DNA of 63,395 bases, filler included, from Sphacelaria rigidula (GCA_964200075.2; 10 parts of 10 records of this genome joined end to end with filler, not necessarily neighbours in it); one strand, 5' to 3'; numbered from the whole stretch's first letter, positions 24,373 to 37,999 are shown. Numbers and translations are program-made. The notes: generated by a model from the letters alone, not told the origin.

Positions 24373-27300
24373 GTAACGTTTCTCAGGCGTATATGCAGTA
24401 CTTGCATGTCGAATCCCGACAGATGTGACTGTGTTTGTTGCAGCTGGCCCAACTACTTGACCCCTTCCTAGACCGTGGTGCGGGTAGTCCATCTGGGTCA
24501 CCCATGATTTTTTCAAATACAAATATTGATGTCGATTCAACAGGTGACCTACCCTCGCAGTCTAAGGGTTAGCTCTAATTTTTGGCCTGATTATCGAGTT
24601 ATTTACTCTGTGGGTTGGATACCAACAGTCGCTATATATATATATATATAAATACGAGTCCAGGTTTTAGTATGGTATTCTTATTCAGGCATCACAACAG
24701 TTGTGTTCCACGTGCTTGAATGGTGAGTTATTTTGCGACTGAAGTTATTCTTTGGCGGCGCAACCTTTTGAAGCAAAAATATGTGTTTTTTTTGTAGTAG
24801 GAAACTTGGAAACTTGAAAAGCGTGGGAGTAGCATAATTGAAAATAATGATGACGAGGGCCAATGCGGTGCGGTGCGGGAGTTGCTGATCCAATCCCGAG
24901 GACGGAAAATGTTGGGCCTGTATCGGCGGGGAGAGTGACATGGATTTTATCTCCTTTGTAAAGAGACTTATCTCGCCGAGTCGCTTCAGTCTCTGGAGAA
25001 ATTCCAAAACAACCTCGGCCGCCTCACCGGCGTGTGTTTTTTCAGTCACCTCTTATTTCAGTACTTTTTTTCTTGTTCTCGCAGTTGGATTCGTACCAGT
25101 ATCTGGAATATACAGTGTACAGTACATCCTTGCGCGCCCTGTCGAGGAACGTACTTCCGACACGCAAATCACCTTTATTTTCACAAGTCTGACAAAGTTT
25201 GGTAGCCTAGCTGCTTCGAATCCAAGTACCCTCGTCCCTGCACCCTCGCCAATGAATAACTCGCGACGCTGCACCTCCCACCCGGCCCTCCTTGATGACC
25301 NNNNNNNNNNNNNNNNNNNNNNNNNNNNNNNNNNNNNNNNNNNNTTAATTAATTAANNNNNNNNNNNNNNNNNNNNNNNNNNNNNNNNNNNNNNNNNNNN
25401 CTTTTGGTGGTGTGGGACAACATAATGGGATAGGTGGGTTTTTGTTTGTATTATCGACGGTGTGTGTCTGTGGGGGGGGGGGGGAGGGGGGGGAGGGGGT
25501 ATTTCTCTTCTGTTTTTTGACATCTCTTTCCTTGAGTTGGTGTTTTGTTTGTTTTGTTTTGTTTTGTTTTTTGTCTCAAGTCTCAGAAGAAACGATGAGA
25601 ACTTGCCCGAGGAATTGACTGACCCCACAAACCTAAAACATAAAGCTCAAGCCGCGGCTGCTCATCAGCTGAGACTGCTGAGGATGTATCAGTTAATGCT
25701 GGCCTTTTCACCGTCTCCTTCCTCGGCTCGGCATTATCACCGCCATGAACCTCGTTGCCCCTGGTCGCGAGGGTAGTCATGTGGGTCATGCTTTTGTTTT
25801 CAACTGAAGTTGATGCCGATTCCATTTCGGAGTAGTGGCAACTCGAATTCGATCATTTGGCCGCCATGGTAGGTCATCTGTTGAATCGGCATCACGTACA
25901 CTTGAAAAATTACTGCGTGGCCCAGATGACCTACCCTGGCGGTCGAAGGATTAAAATAGAAGATACTTATTTTCAGTGCCTCATGGAAAATGAATCGCAT
26001 GTACTGTGGAGTAGTAGCAGCAGCAGCAGCTACAGCAGTAGTCCAGAGAGGGGAAAAAAACAAAGTGAAGACGAGACAACGCGATATGCATGCAAGATAA
26101 CGCTCGAGGCGTGCCAACCCCGCCCCGAGCGTTCACTGGAGAAGGACTGCACGCTGCCGTTTCATACCTTCTCTGATTCTCAACTGATGATGATGTCCAT
26201 ACTAATTTTGAGTGAAAATGATGCCGGTTCCAAAAATGAAGAGTTTCGCCTCGTCTTTCAGCCGGAAGAGGAACATAGGTGCCCCGTTGACAGAGGCTCA
26301 TGCAAAGGCTTGGCACATGACGAACAACCCAACACAGTCAGAGGTGAATTCGGGGAATTGATTGCCCACTCAAACCGAAAAACACACATCTTGATTGAAC
26401 GCGGGGATCTCTCTGCCCCCGCTAAGCAGAAACACACAGGTTGTCGAATTTTGTCAACCCACGACATAGCCGCTCTCTACTGTTGGGCATGGTGTGAGAT
26501 AAAATCCCAGATCGTGTGACTGGCTGAGATTCGAACCTACGACCCAACCGTCAGAAGGTTCCGAGGTTACCCACTGAGCCACCGGGGCGACCGGCTGTCG
26601 ACTCAAACTTGGAAAAATAGAAGCCGTTGTTTTTAGCGCCTCATTATAAAATAATCGCATGTACAGTAGAGTGGCAGCAGCAGCAGCAGCAGCAGCAGCT
26701 ACAACAGCAGTCCAGAGACAGTAAAAGGGAAGTACAGCCGCCGCGCCCCGGTGGTGTCATGGCCCGACTGTCGTCATTATGGTGGAGAGAACGAGGGTTC
26801 GATTCCCGCTGCGTTGGGTTTTTTCTTCCGAATATCTGATTATCGCCGCGGCAAGCGTGAGAACGTGAGTAAACAAAGTAGTTGATTGAGTTTGTTTGAC
26901 GTGAGTTGACGCGGTGCGGGAGTGCTGATAGTCATGACCCAATCCGCGAGACCAAAATGCAAGGCGCGTACCTGCGAGAGAAGGGGTTGATCATTCCTTG
27001 GGACCACTGACCCGTCTCGAGGAAGGGGAGGAGTTTAAAGTGCGACAAAAAAGAAGAAAATAAAATTGTCGAGATGATGTGACTTGCGGGCAAGATCACA
27101 ACATGCTCTAGGTGTGCCACGAGAGTTGAATGGAGAGCGATGGCACAATGCCGTTTCGCACAGTTCCGAGTTAACTGAGTATGATGTCGATTCAATTTTC
27201 AACTGAAAACGATGCCGGTTCCATGAATGAATGTGGCGTGTATGCGGTCGAGAGGTGGCATCTCCGACAGTAAAAACGATCCACCGAGACGTCTAGCGAG

Positions 27301-30300
27301 GAAATGAATCACACGGAACGCATCGCGATGTCGAAACGCTATGGAGAACACAGCGCGGAAAGTGTATGCACTCCAAACCCAAGCAGAACCGGAATACACC
27401 CTAATATCCAGCGAAGTGCAAGCAAAGAGGCTGATACGTATAATCAGCGAAGAACTGTGCTCCAAAACCAAGCAAAGAAGAAATGCTAGCTTCTCGGAGC
27501 TTCAGAGAACGCCATGGCCCTGAATGATATGTTCTCTAAAATCAAGTGAAGAAATGCAGCAAAGTGACACCTGTCTGCAGGGAACGAATCTCGGAGTAGG
27601 TGCAACTGATACAATACGTGCAAGGTTTTTGGCGCTTCGCGCCACCGCTCAATGGAGCGTTTCTCAAGGTAAAGGATAATGTGGAGTGTTCGGCACTGAA
27701 TGTATGATTCAGAAACAGTTTCGAAATGTAGAGAGAGGACTGATGTTCGAAAGAGGATGTACCCTTGTGTGTGGGCTGGCGATCGCATGCACGGCTCGGC
27801 CATTCGGGTTGCTCATATAGGTCATGATAAAACTGCACAGAAAACACCCCTCACGATCCCTCAACCACCGAAGAGAAGATGACCCAGAAGACGAAAAACT
27901 CAACTGCGTAGATCTAATAGCCATCGGTCGAAAGCCGTCAATGCGAACACCTCACACAAGACACTGATTCTGAACTGATTCTGTGCAACATCAGTGGTTG
28001 ACTGTACAGGACACACATCGGCTTAGGGCATAACGGCTAAAATGATCCACTGGAGAACTCCAAGACCGCCACAATCACGAGAAAACGTGTCATCATGCAC
28101 CCAAGGGGCTGCAAATAAGCGATGCACTCTGGCGCACTTCCGGGGTACTCCAGGCGCGAGTCTCGCGGGCCCAATTCTGAGTAACTTCAAGAAAAAATGA
28201 TGGTCCGACTGGAAACTCGGTGGAGACGCCGAATCCGAGATGTCTTTTGCGGTATTAACCATCACTTCACTGGATACTCACCATTTTACATCGGAGATCA
28301 CCAATTCGGGGTATTCGAGACGAGCTATCAGAAAGGCATTTCGAGAATCGCATTTACGCTGTGAGATTGGCGGAGGTAGGAAGGACTGCAGCCGAATCGG
28401 TCGAAGTCCGGCTCCGGAAAAACGCCAGATAAATAAAGTTGCCGCACTTGGACCGACGGGTACTGACCAGCGCATTAGAATTTAGACTAACCTGCGGGCT
28501 GTTGTTGCCCGTCTTTTGTTTCGGTTGTTTCCGTTCATTCAAGACCTAAACAAGAGTCGAACTAACGTCTTTCCCTTGTCCAAAAAGTAAAATTCAACAA
28601 ACCTCCCAGCCGACCAACCCCAACCAATGGATGAATTTATGAATTTATGAATTTATTATATATTTATAAGTGCATGCATTCATGACTGCATGAAAAGCAG
28701 CTTCGTGCATCGGCGATGTCTCCGGGTGGTATCCACCGCTTTGTCCTGTCGCAAACGAACGGTGGTACCTCGGACGATACTGGAATGCATAATAATAGGG
28801 TATCGATGTTTTGAGATTCCTCTCGTGCGCTTAGACGAGTAATCATTTAGTCCGCCCACAAACGGCGTACGTCAGGGATTTATTGTTGTCCGGGCGCTAA
28901 TGGCTGAAGAATCGAATGAAACCCCCTCCCCGCTGAGATGTTCTGGTAGGAGATGCGTTGAAATTATGCCCGAGATGGGGGATAGACGGAGAAACGGGTC
29001 ATGAAGCAGTGTTTTCGGTGTGACGCTTGAAAGACGCCTCCCGCGTGTTCGGGGCAATCGCCGTCTATGTAACTAGTCAAAACGGTGCGTACCACCCCCA
29101 ATCATGCTTGAAGAGGGGATGAAAAATCGGTTCCGTCCGCGGGTGAGGAGAAACGGGGGTCGTGAGTAAACACTTTATTGTTTACATGTTCTATCGAAGC
29201 ACTCGTGTGTTAAGGTGCATTGCCGTTCGTGTGTAAGAGGTCAAAACGACAGATATACCACCCGTGTGGTCATGTTTGGGGGGAGGGGTATGCGTGCATT
29301 GAACCCCGAGGTAAGGTTTTTCTTCTTCAAATTTTTTACGTGTCAAGTGTATCGAAAATATTCTGACATAATCCCAAAATATTGTCATGCGCTATATTCG
29401 AAGATGGCGAATATCACCCCCAAATTGACGGTAGTAGCCAACCCCGGGACGGCTATTTTCTTGTCCCCTGCGTCACCATGCACCCCCTGCCCAAATCCGA
29501 CTCACCGATGTTCTTAATATCTCATGATGTGTCACCTATTGGTTTTTGGGCTGTTAACCCTTACATAACAACCGTCGCCTCGGAACAGTTTCACAGGCTG
29601 ACAGTCCGGAGACAGTCGGGGGTTTCGAGTGGGCGCAGGGGGGGGGGTTGAGGGAGGTGGGGGGGGTTGTTCGCAGAGCGGCCGAAAAGGTCACCAAGTC
29701 AATCAACCATGTGTGTTTCGAAGTTTCTCGCGGAAGATTCTAAGCCAGGAACGAGGCCCGAGAGGTACGGGGTGACCATTCTGATCAATCACGGCAGTCA
29801 AAAATGAGTACGTAGTTCCCCTACAGGTGGACTACGGGTAGACTACTTCTCTGTCGACCGGCATATCTCATTTTGGTCATGGCATTTCAACCATAGATTA
29901 CATGGATGGGTACTAATAACTTGTTTCGTACTCTGCTCGAGGTCTGTGCCGCCTGTCTGACGCCTCATGTGTTGCCAGCATAGCTTCACACTGCCTGTAG
30001 TGTTGTTGAACACTAAGCAGAGACATCAGCAGCATAGAGTACTAGTTGTTCAGTGGAGAGCTATGGCACGCTGGCTCTTTCTTGTATCCAGGTAAGAAAG
30101 ACATACCACACACATACTGACTCTGCACGCAATTGACTACAGGATCAAAACCGGTTAGGGGTTCTTCGGAATATTTTCTATATAGATACCAATTATCCAA
30201 ATGTTCATGAAAAAAGGTGTTTCGTGTATCGAGAAAGTAGCTGCGCTGAACCCCAAATGTGGCATAGTCCATCTCAGTCCATCTGAGGTGGGAGTGCGAG

Positions 30301-33300
30301 CATAGTAGGTCATCTGTTGAATCGGCTTCAATGTCACTTGGAAAAATTATTCATGATCAAGATAGGTTGGTTGCCTTTGCGGCCAAGGGGTTTACCCTTT
30401 CAATGCGAGCCGTGGTCGAGTTGTAAATCGGTATCACTTTGACTCGAAAAAAGTGATCAAAAGCCAAGGGGTTTACCCTTGGATTCCAGCGGTGATCGGC
30501 TTGTGAATCGGCATTACTCCGACTGAAAAAAAAGGATATAATGATGCCGATTCAGTCAAAGCGTTCATGAGTTTTCCTGTGTATTTAAAACCTGAAGACT
30601 CGATAGCGTGGCCTGAACTGCAGCTGATGTGCTCGCTGGGTAGTTAGTACTGCATCAGTGGAGGTGTGGGGGCGGAGGGGGGAGGGGACGAGACCATGAA
30701 GGGATTAACTATGGCAAGTCTCGAACCTTCGACCTGCGCTATACATCAGTGAGTTAGTTGTCTTGCCCATGCAGCCATATATGACCAACCCATTGTGGCC
30801 AACAATTAGGGTTATTCGACGAACGCATTCCTGTATTTTCACCGGCTCTTTTTTAGCAGTGACTGAGGCATTCAACACCCGTGAACCCAAATCCTAACCC
30901 AAGCCCACACACCAGAGCTCGGACGGTGTGCTTGGTAAGATTCGAGGTTGATGGTGCAGGGATAGGTGCGAGATTGGCGTCCAAGCTAGACGGCACATTC
31001 GCCACCGCAGAACCGTCAGATCTGTGTGTGTATATATATATATATTATATATATATATCTAAGTCCACGGGTGCGTCGGTTCCTTTTTTTACGGTTCCAC
31101 TGGGGAGCAGAGGAAAGGCGAAAAAGGTCTTTGGAACAGTTCCGCCCGCCAATTTACCGCTGTACATGGGTATCTCAAACTCGAGGTTTCCTCGGTACAC
31201 CACACCCAGACCTGACAGTTTCCCGGTGGCGAATACACACCCAGACCCGCACGTACCGTGAATGATGCACACGTCGGACAGATTATCATCCGTCTGAAAA
31301 TTACTTCTTCGCAGTACAGTGATCCGGATCATGATCCGGATCATCTGACCCCACTTTTCCGTATTCGTTCCTTACCGTGCCGGACGCCGAGCACGCCGTG
31401 CAGCGCAAATGTTGTGCTTCGGTTTTTCTGATTCCGTAGTCACATATTTTTTGTTTTTAAACCAACGTATTCGAGACTCTTCCTTGATTAGTTGTTTTAG
31501 ATAGATCATGATCTGTCCAACGTGTGGAATGTTGTGATATTGCTACTGTGTACTGCCTACTATTGAACCCCCCCCCTGGTAAAGCCTGGTCCGGCGAGAA
31601 CCCGGCGTGCTCCGTCCCGGCTTTGTAGGGGCGGACCCCCGATGGGGTTGNNNNNNNNNNNNNNNNNNNNNNNNNNNNNNNNNNNNNNNNNNNNTTAATT
31701 AATTAANNNNNNNNNNNNNNNNNNNNNNNNNNNNNNNNNNNNNNNNNNNNACGACAAAAAAGAAAAAAAAAAAGGGGGGAAAAAAAAGGGGAGGAGGGGG
31801 GAGGAGAGACGCACTCAGCGCAAAACAAACTGCACGATCGTATCTCGTAAAATTTCGTGGTTCTAGAAAAAAAAATCAATGGGGTATCAATGAGAGGAAG
31901 CGTTTGCCTCATTCTATCATGGAAATCAATATGTTGGTTGTCGCATGAAAAAGCGTACAAAATTACCCCCCAGATCCGTTTTGTGTGATTTTTATTTTTT
32001 TCAGGAGAAGAGGACTCGTAGGCAAATACCAAGAGCTGTCCAAATTGGTGTTAGTTTTTCTCCTGAAAAAATCATGTCCCGAGAGAAAGGGAGCACTATT
32101 TTCATATTTTCGGACATGACAAAGAGGTGAGGAGGGAAAAGAAGATATCCACAAATGTCTCCGCCTGGAGACGAGGGGTTCAACGTTGTTCTTGAAATTC
32201 GGAACAACCAACCATCCTCACCCCGAGCAAAGTGTACCTACTACGTGGTGTGTGATACACTGACAATGTTTTCGTGAAATTGATTGAGAGTGAAAAGCGG
32301 TCAACGAGTGAATGAATCGTTTCAGTTCTGATATGCACCTCCGCGAGGCCCGATATTCTTTCTGTAGCAGCTTTCCACTGAGGCCCTTGATATCCCCGAG
32401 TAGGATATCGACGGGTAGCTGTCAGCATACGGTAGTCATGGAGACAAAGAAAATCACACACGGAATGAAAAATTGGCTACGTTAAAGCAAATGATCCAAG
32501 CCACTCTCAGTCCGCGCTCCGCTCTCAATCTCACGAAGACGTTGTTTACTCTAGAAAAAATGTATTACACGGACCACACAGTATTAGCAAACGGTGGCAG
32601 AGCACACCACAACTACACTGAAATATGACTACACATACCAACAGGGAGAAGGACCTGGAACATGGGAACGCGATCGCGATTCCCTCTTGTGGGGACGAGA
32701 AAAAAATATGTCGACTGCAAGTAAGTGTGAGAAATGGTGAGTATCTAAGGCACCGTCGAGGAGACTGGAGAACCCCAAAAGGTCGGAGAACCGAGTCCAG
32801 AGGTGGTTCATAATCACCTGCTGAATCTGTCGGACCGACCCTGGCAATTGTTGTTTACTTCGTAAATGTAAGCAACACGGTGTTCTACAACTTGATTGAG
32901 AAAAATATTCAGCGCTTATGAAGGTTCTCAACTTTCGTCCTAGAAAAAAAATCCTCCTGGCTTCGTAAAGTCCCGTGGCAAGCGGTTCATGTTTTTGTGT
33001 GGTATTAATGCATATATATATTATGTATGATTTACGCCATTGAAGAAGCAGGGTAAGTGCTAGGGTTTTGTTTTGTTCTGTTCTTCGTGATATTCCTGCC
33101 TTTTCCTTCCCATGTGTTCGCTCTTATATGTTCTCCCGTCTTTATTTATTCCGAAGAAGCGGTAATCGGTTGACTTTTTATCGCGCCTCTGTTGATTATA
33201 ATATTTTACCCTATTTGCAGTGCATTCGTCTGTTGTTTTAGAATTTTATCTGATTATCCACTGGTTTCTTCGCAGGTATTATCCCGTTGCTCGGGAGATC

Positions 33301-33662
33301 TAAGACGCCGTCCACCACAAGTTTTCAGGTTTATCTTTTTTTTGTGCGTGGTTGGTTGGCGACCTGAATCCTCATCCTTCATTATCAGACCGCGGGCCTG
33401 AATAACGTGGTTGATGCGACCTTCGAAAACACTTCAGGCTGCGGGTCTGAATGGAAAAGTTATTTCATTACTAAAACAACAATAAACAGGTTGGGCCTAC
33501 GCGAGTTTACTCGAGGTCTGTTAGGCGTAGACCTCTACCACTACGCCGTAGTGTGGTCCACGGTAGGCTTGGCAAACACGAAAGTTCGTCACAAGCCTGC
33601 CTCGCACCAGGATTTTTACCAAGCAGTGCAGCAGCAGTGGAAGCAGCAGCAGGAGCAATATC

Positions 33663-35861
33663 ATGGCGAGCCTCGTGAGTAGCATCCTCAGTAGCAGCGA
33701 GTCAACACACGAGAGTGTAGTGAGTAACCGTCCCGCCGCTCCCTCCCGACTGCAGCCACATGGCGATGATGTCTTCTTTACCCTGGCTCAGAACCTCAGA
33801 GATTTGCATTTACAGCTAGCACATGAGTCCCCGGACATACGCTCGCGGGTCGAGATAGAAGCACGTATTGGGCTCATATCCCTCCCCGACCGACTAGCAC
33901 GGGCCACGCCAAGCATCCCAGGTTCGGGTGCTGTGAAAATAGAGGCGGAGACTATGCGAGGCCAGGGTTTGAGGTTTGTGTCCGGCGTGAGCCCCCCTAT
34001 GTTTGCCTCGGTCAATGACTCGATCGCGCGGAGCTACAAAAAAGGACAGAGGCAGAGCACGGAGGTCGTGTATCTCTTCGACTCTGGTCCGCTGCAGGGG
34101 CAACGGGTAGTGGTTGACGGCGCCAAACCGCCTTATCGCGAGCACAAGCAATCACGACCGCCTATGAATTTCCAGCTGCCGGCTGCTGATTATGACCTGC
34201 GAGTTCATGCGTCGATCGAGAACCTTCCTGTGCTCCTACTTGGCCCCGATGGGAAACCTATGGCGGTGCCGGGAAACTGGTCTGGTAAAAGGACAAAGCG
34301 AAGGGTGTCCTGGGAATCCCCGCCAGATACGCCGCAAAACGAGGCGTGGTTGTGGAGGGCGGATTTGACGTTGGTAGAGGAGGTGGCCAAGGATTCGACG
34401 GGAAATCGGCGGACTCAGGTGGTGCGGGAGGTGGAGTTGGAGCTACTGCCGCACGTACGGGATTTATGGTTGGGGCTGAAGGACGAGAAGGAGGTGATAG
34501 CCATGACTTCCAAGATTGCTACGCATCTTTTTCATCTTTTGGAGGCGATAAACCCGATAGAAGAGCTGTCCGCTATCGCCAACCCAGTGCCGGAACCAGA
34601 CCAAGCAGCGAGGGCAGCAGCGAACGCGGCCTGCTTACAGCTGCGAGGTAACAGATCTGGGAAGGGTTCGAACTTCCCGGGGGCGCAGCCGGTTAACATG
34701 TGCAAACGGACCGTGGCGGACGTGCAGCGCAACTCGTACTACGTTGCCGAGAAGACGGATGGGGTGCGGTACCTAATGATATCGGTGCTGGGGTCGGCGG
34801 GAGCGACGTGCGTCCTCGTGGACCGTTCGGAGAACGTGTTCAAGGTCGACGGAGGCGCTTTTTTGGCGGAGGTGCTGGGGACAGGGACCGTTCTCGACGG
34901 AGAGCTGGTGCACAACCGCAGCATGAAAAAGGCCATATTCATGGCGTTCGACATCTTGCAGTACAAAGAAAGAATCCTCATGCCCCAGAACTTCATCGAG
35001 CGGCTGCGCGACCTGCGGACGGGTGTAATGCAGACCTACGCGCAACACATACACGGCGAGGGCGCCTCCCTCGAGCCCCATCTCATGCTTGTGATGAAGT
35101 CGTTCAAGCCTCGCCGAAAAATCATGGATCTTTTCCGGCACGTGAGCACCGAGGGTCGAGAGCGCGTATTCATGGAAGACAAAACGCGACACCATAAGAC
35201 AGATGGTGTCATATTCCAGCCGAATGCGCCGTACACCATGGGCACCGATACCAAGCTGCTCAAGTGGAAATGGATAGATTTGGCCTCAGTAGATTTGAAA
35301 GTTTACCCTGGATGGGGAGGCGGCGGCGGGGGCGGCATGGGCGGGGGCAGCGACCTTCGACTTTGCTCCGTGGCAAACCACAACGAAGAGGTGGATCTGT
35401 CCAGCATCGTCCACCTCGCAGATCACGACAAGGCGCGCCTCACGGCGGACATGGACGGCAAGCGCACGGTCATAGCGGAGGTTGCGCTAGATCCGGCATC
35501 CGGGTTATGGGTTTACATGGGGCTCCGGCCGGACAAGAACCGCCCGAATTTCATCAACACCGTCATAGCGACAATGGTTGAGGTGGCCGAGGGACTGTCG
35601 GAGGAGGAGCTGAAGTACAGAATGTTGGCGGACGCACCGGCGACGGACGACTGGGCGACGCAGGAGGCTACGATGCGCAAGCGAGCGGTACAGTGGCAAT
35701 ACAAACAGGCGGAGGGGGGAAGTGCAGGTGGCGCGGGGGGCGGGGGGCGGGGGGAAAATGGAGCGGCCGCGCCGGACAGGAGACGGAGTGAAACGAATGG
35801 GAAACGTGAGAGGTCGCCGTTGCCTGGTGGTCATGCCGTAAGTAGAGGAGGAATGTTATAA
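33663..35861 (+). CDS. Bifunctional mRNA capping enzyme: N-terminal Cet1/TTM (CYTH-fold) RNA 5'-triphosphatase plus C-terminal guanylyltransferase with OB domain; intronless, 732 aa
   Basis: TTM motifs EIEARIG (A), DLRVHASIE, RTKRRVSW, WRADLTLV and REVELE (C). GTase motifs FPGAQPV, I KTDGVRY, III VLDGELV, IIIa FMAFDIL, IV TDGVIF, V LLKWK and VI LRPDK. Uninterrupted ATG-to-TAA ORF. Confidence 0.93.
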   Translation: MASLVSSILSSSESTHESVVSNRPAAPSRLQPHGDDVFFTLAQNLRDLHLQLAHESPDIRSRVEIEARIGLISLPDRLARATPSIPGSGAVKIEAETMRGQGLRFVSGVSPPMFASVNDSIARSYKKGQRQSTEVVYLFDSGPLQGQRVVVDGAKPPYREHKQSRPPMNFQLPAADYDLRVHASIENLPVLLLGPDGKPMAVPGNWSGKRTKRRVSWESPPDTPQNEAWLWRADLTLVEEVAKDSTGNRRTQVVREVELELLPHVRDLWLGLKDEKEVIAMTSKIATHLFHLLEAINPIEELSAIANPVPEPDQAARAAANAACLQLRGNRSGKGSNFPGAQPVNMCKRTVADVQRNSYYVAEKTDGVRYLMISVLGSAGATCVLVDRSENVFKVDGGAFLAEVLGTGTVLDGELVHNRSMKKAIFMAFDILQYKERILMPQNFIERLRDLRTGVMQTYAQHIHGEGASLEPHLMLVMKSFKPRRKIMDLFRHVSTEGRERVFMEDKTRHHKTDGVIFQPNAPYTMGTDTKLLKWKWIDLASVDLKVYPGWGGGGGGGMGGGSDLRLCSVANHNEEVDLSSIVHLADHDKARLTADMDGKRTVIAEVALDPASGLWVYMGLRPDKNRPNFINTVIATMVEVAEGLSEEELKYRMLADAPATDDWATQEATMRKRAVQWQYKQAEGGSAGGAGGGGRGENGAAAPDRRRSETNGKRERSPLPGGHAVSRGGML

Positions 35862-37930
35862 CTCAGTACGTATCTTCCTAGTTAGCTGTACGGATTGCAT
35901 TCACGGGCGTCTGAGCGTGTCTTGCGTTTCTGTGGTGGTGGTGGTGGTGGTGGCGGCGTGTGTTTATTTGTTCTGTTCATGCCTCTGTACGTGTATGTGG
36001 GGCGCATTTTTAGTTTTTGCACCTATCGTTCTTCAGTGTACATCTTGTTGAGTGCTTCTCGTTGTTTGTGCTCTCTATTGACCGAGTTTACGAGTGAAAT
36101 GATGTTTGGATTAGTTTCCCCCGTAGAATGTTCTTGTAGTCATAAGTACGCCCCCGCCTCCCCCCCCCCCTCCCTATTTCATACGCGCGATCAAGTACAG
36201 TTCGATACTGAGCGACCTTCCGCCGTCCCTGTGTGCAAACTAGGTTCGTTCGGCCGGGGGGGTGTACAATGTTGAATGTTGTGATACTTACAACACTTTT
36301 ACGCAATGGCAAGAGATGCGCGGTAGTTTGAACGCAGTAGATTTTTAGAACTTTCGAACGTGCGTACCGCATGTGGAGGACGGGAGTCCGACTGCATGGA
36401 AATATCTTATGGTCTTGTACGTTTGCGCTTTTGTTCTTCCCTGTATTTTACAATAGCTCTGGTATCTATATATCTATATATATATACATATAATTACGAG
36501 GCCTGCGGCTGACGCCGAAGCGCTCAGCGAGAGCGATCGTAGCCAAGGTGGTGCTTTTATCAGCTATGTATCCGAGGACGCAATAGTGATGCTGAAGAGT
36601 GAATAATTGCAAGCAATTGCCCGTCGAAGGGCAGCGGCATGGGAGCTGAAACGATATATTTAAAGTTGTCAGCATATCACCGCAAATGAGTTTGATTCCA
36701 AAACGTTCCAAAAGATGAGCCACAACAGTGCAGTGGCGCAGCGATCAGGGGCTGAAAATAATGTTGTGAAGAAGAGGCTAGGATCAATGTGGCTACCGAA
36801 AGAGGGGTATCTGTCTAGTGACATAACAGTCGAAAATTGCTTCCCACCCTCCCCCATGTGCGAGTAGAAGCAGAGGGCACGCCGGCCACCCCTGCTCGAG
36901 ACTTTCGAAAATCAACATCACCTTCCCATCTGCAGGTAGTATGTCGAGAAGCAGCAGAGTTTTACCACTCGCGAGAACAAAAAAATAGGGCACAAGGAAT
37001 GTTGCAAGGGGGGAAAACGAATCAGGGAGAAAACGGGAATCGGACGGTCGGACGGAGGGCTTCAAATGGAGAAGTCTCCCGGTCGAAGAATGCCAGCACC
37101 TGCACCACGGAGTCCTATATATAGTGGAAAATATATATGGGTACTGAGCACTCAGAGTCCCAAGAACCGTCATGCTTGCGATTCAAGCGCAAGCATGGTT
37201 ATTTCACTCTCGTTGCATTTTTCACGTTTTTTTTCGTCCGGAAATATGCTAATTTTTTTCACGCCTGAAAAATATTGAACGAAAAAAATATTGAATGAAT
37301 AAAATGTATACATCTAATGATTCCGATACATATATTAGATATATACATTTGTGTGTTTATGTATATCCGCTTATTTGTCTTTCCACCGTTGAAAAACCGT
37401 CGATTAAGCAAGTGCCTACAAATGCTCCCTTCCTCGTGTGTGTGTCGGATCGCGTACGCCCCGCCATACTATTCAACCGGCGTGCTGAATTATGGCACAA
37501 ATCGTACACACCCTGGACAACAGATATACATATGTCAAGAAGTGTACTGTGTACAGTATCGGCTATTGCGTCTATCGCAATGGATCCAATAGATTCCGTG
37601 CGTACGCAGTACACTTTTTGGCAATATTACATATTATCATTATCCAGGGGGTGTACTACTTGTGCCATTATCCAGCACGTATTTTGTTTGACCTTGCCTC
37701 GCGGTTGTGTGCGACTCTGGTGCGTCGCTTCCCCTGCACGTGGAGTTTATCGAGATGACGCTACTGTCTGTACCACCAGTCGACCCTGCTGTCGACAAAA
37801 CGCAGCCTAGGGTTCTATTTAGAGCTCGGGAGGAGAACGAGAGAGAGGGAAAGAACGCTCGACTCTCGAAACACGCCCGGGAAAATGTCGGCGTAGAAGC
37901 AGTGCCGTACGTTGGCGAAATCAAAGTTAC

Positions 37931-37999
37931 CAAGGGTCGGACAAATAATGATTCGTCGGTAAATTACTTGATTTTAGTATGATGAGTCGACTCGTGACG
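37931..37999. mobile_element. hAT-type MITE family A, copy 3 (cut by contig end)
   Basis: Starts CAAGGGTCGGACAAATAATGATTCGTC and aligns with the other copies up to the spacer. Confidence 0.75.

Noticed and set aside
26520..26815. Functional tRNA genes (26520-26593 minus, 26743-26815 plus; also ~21010 and ~21195)
   Set aside because: B boxes are present, but acceptor stems do not pair cleanly and the 26520 copy continues into a dispersed SINE body; treated as SINE heads or relics.
33663..35861. Capping enzyme as the marker of an endogenous giant-virus insertion
   Set aside because: No other viral-like dense ORFs on that contig, flanks carry ordinary host repeats, and the GTase has a cellular-type FPGxQPV motif. 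Viral origin is kept only as a hypothesis.
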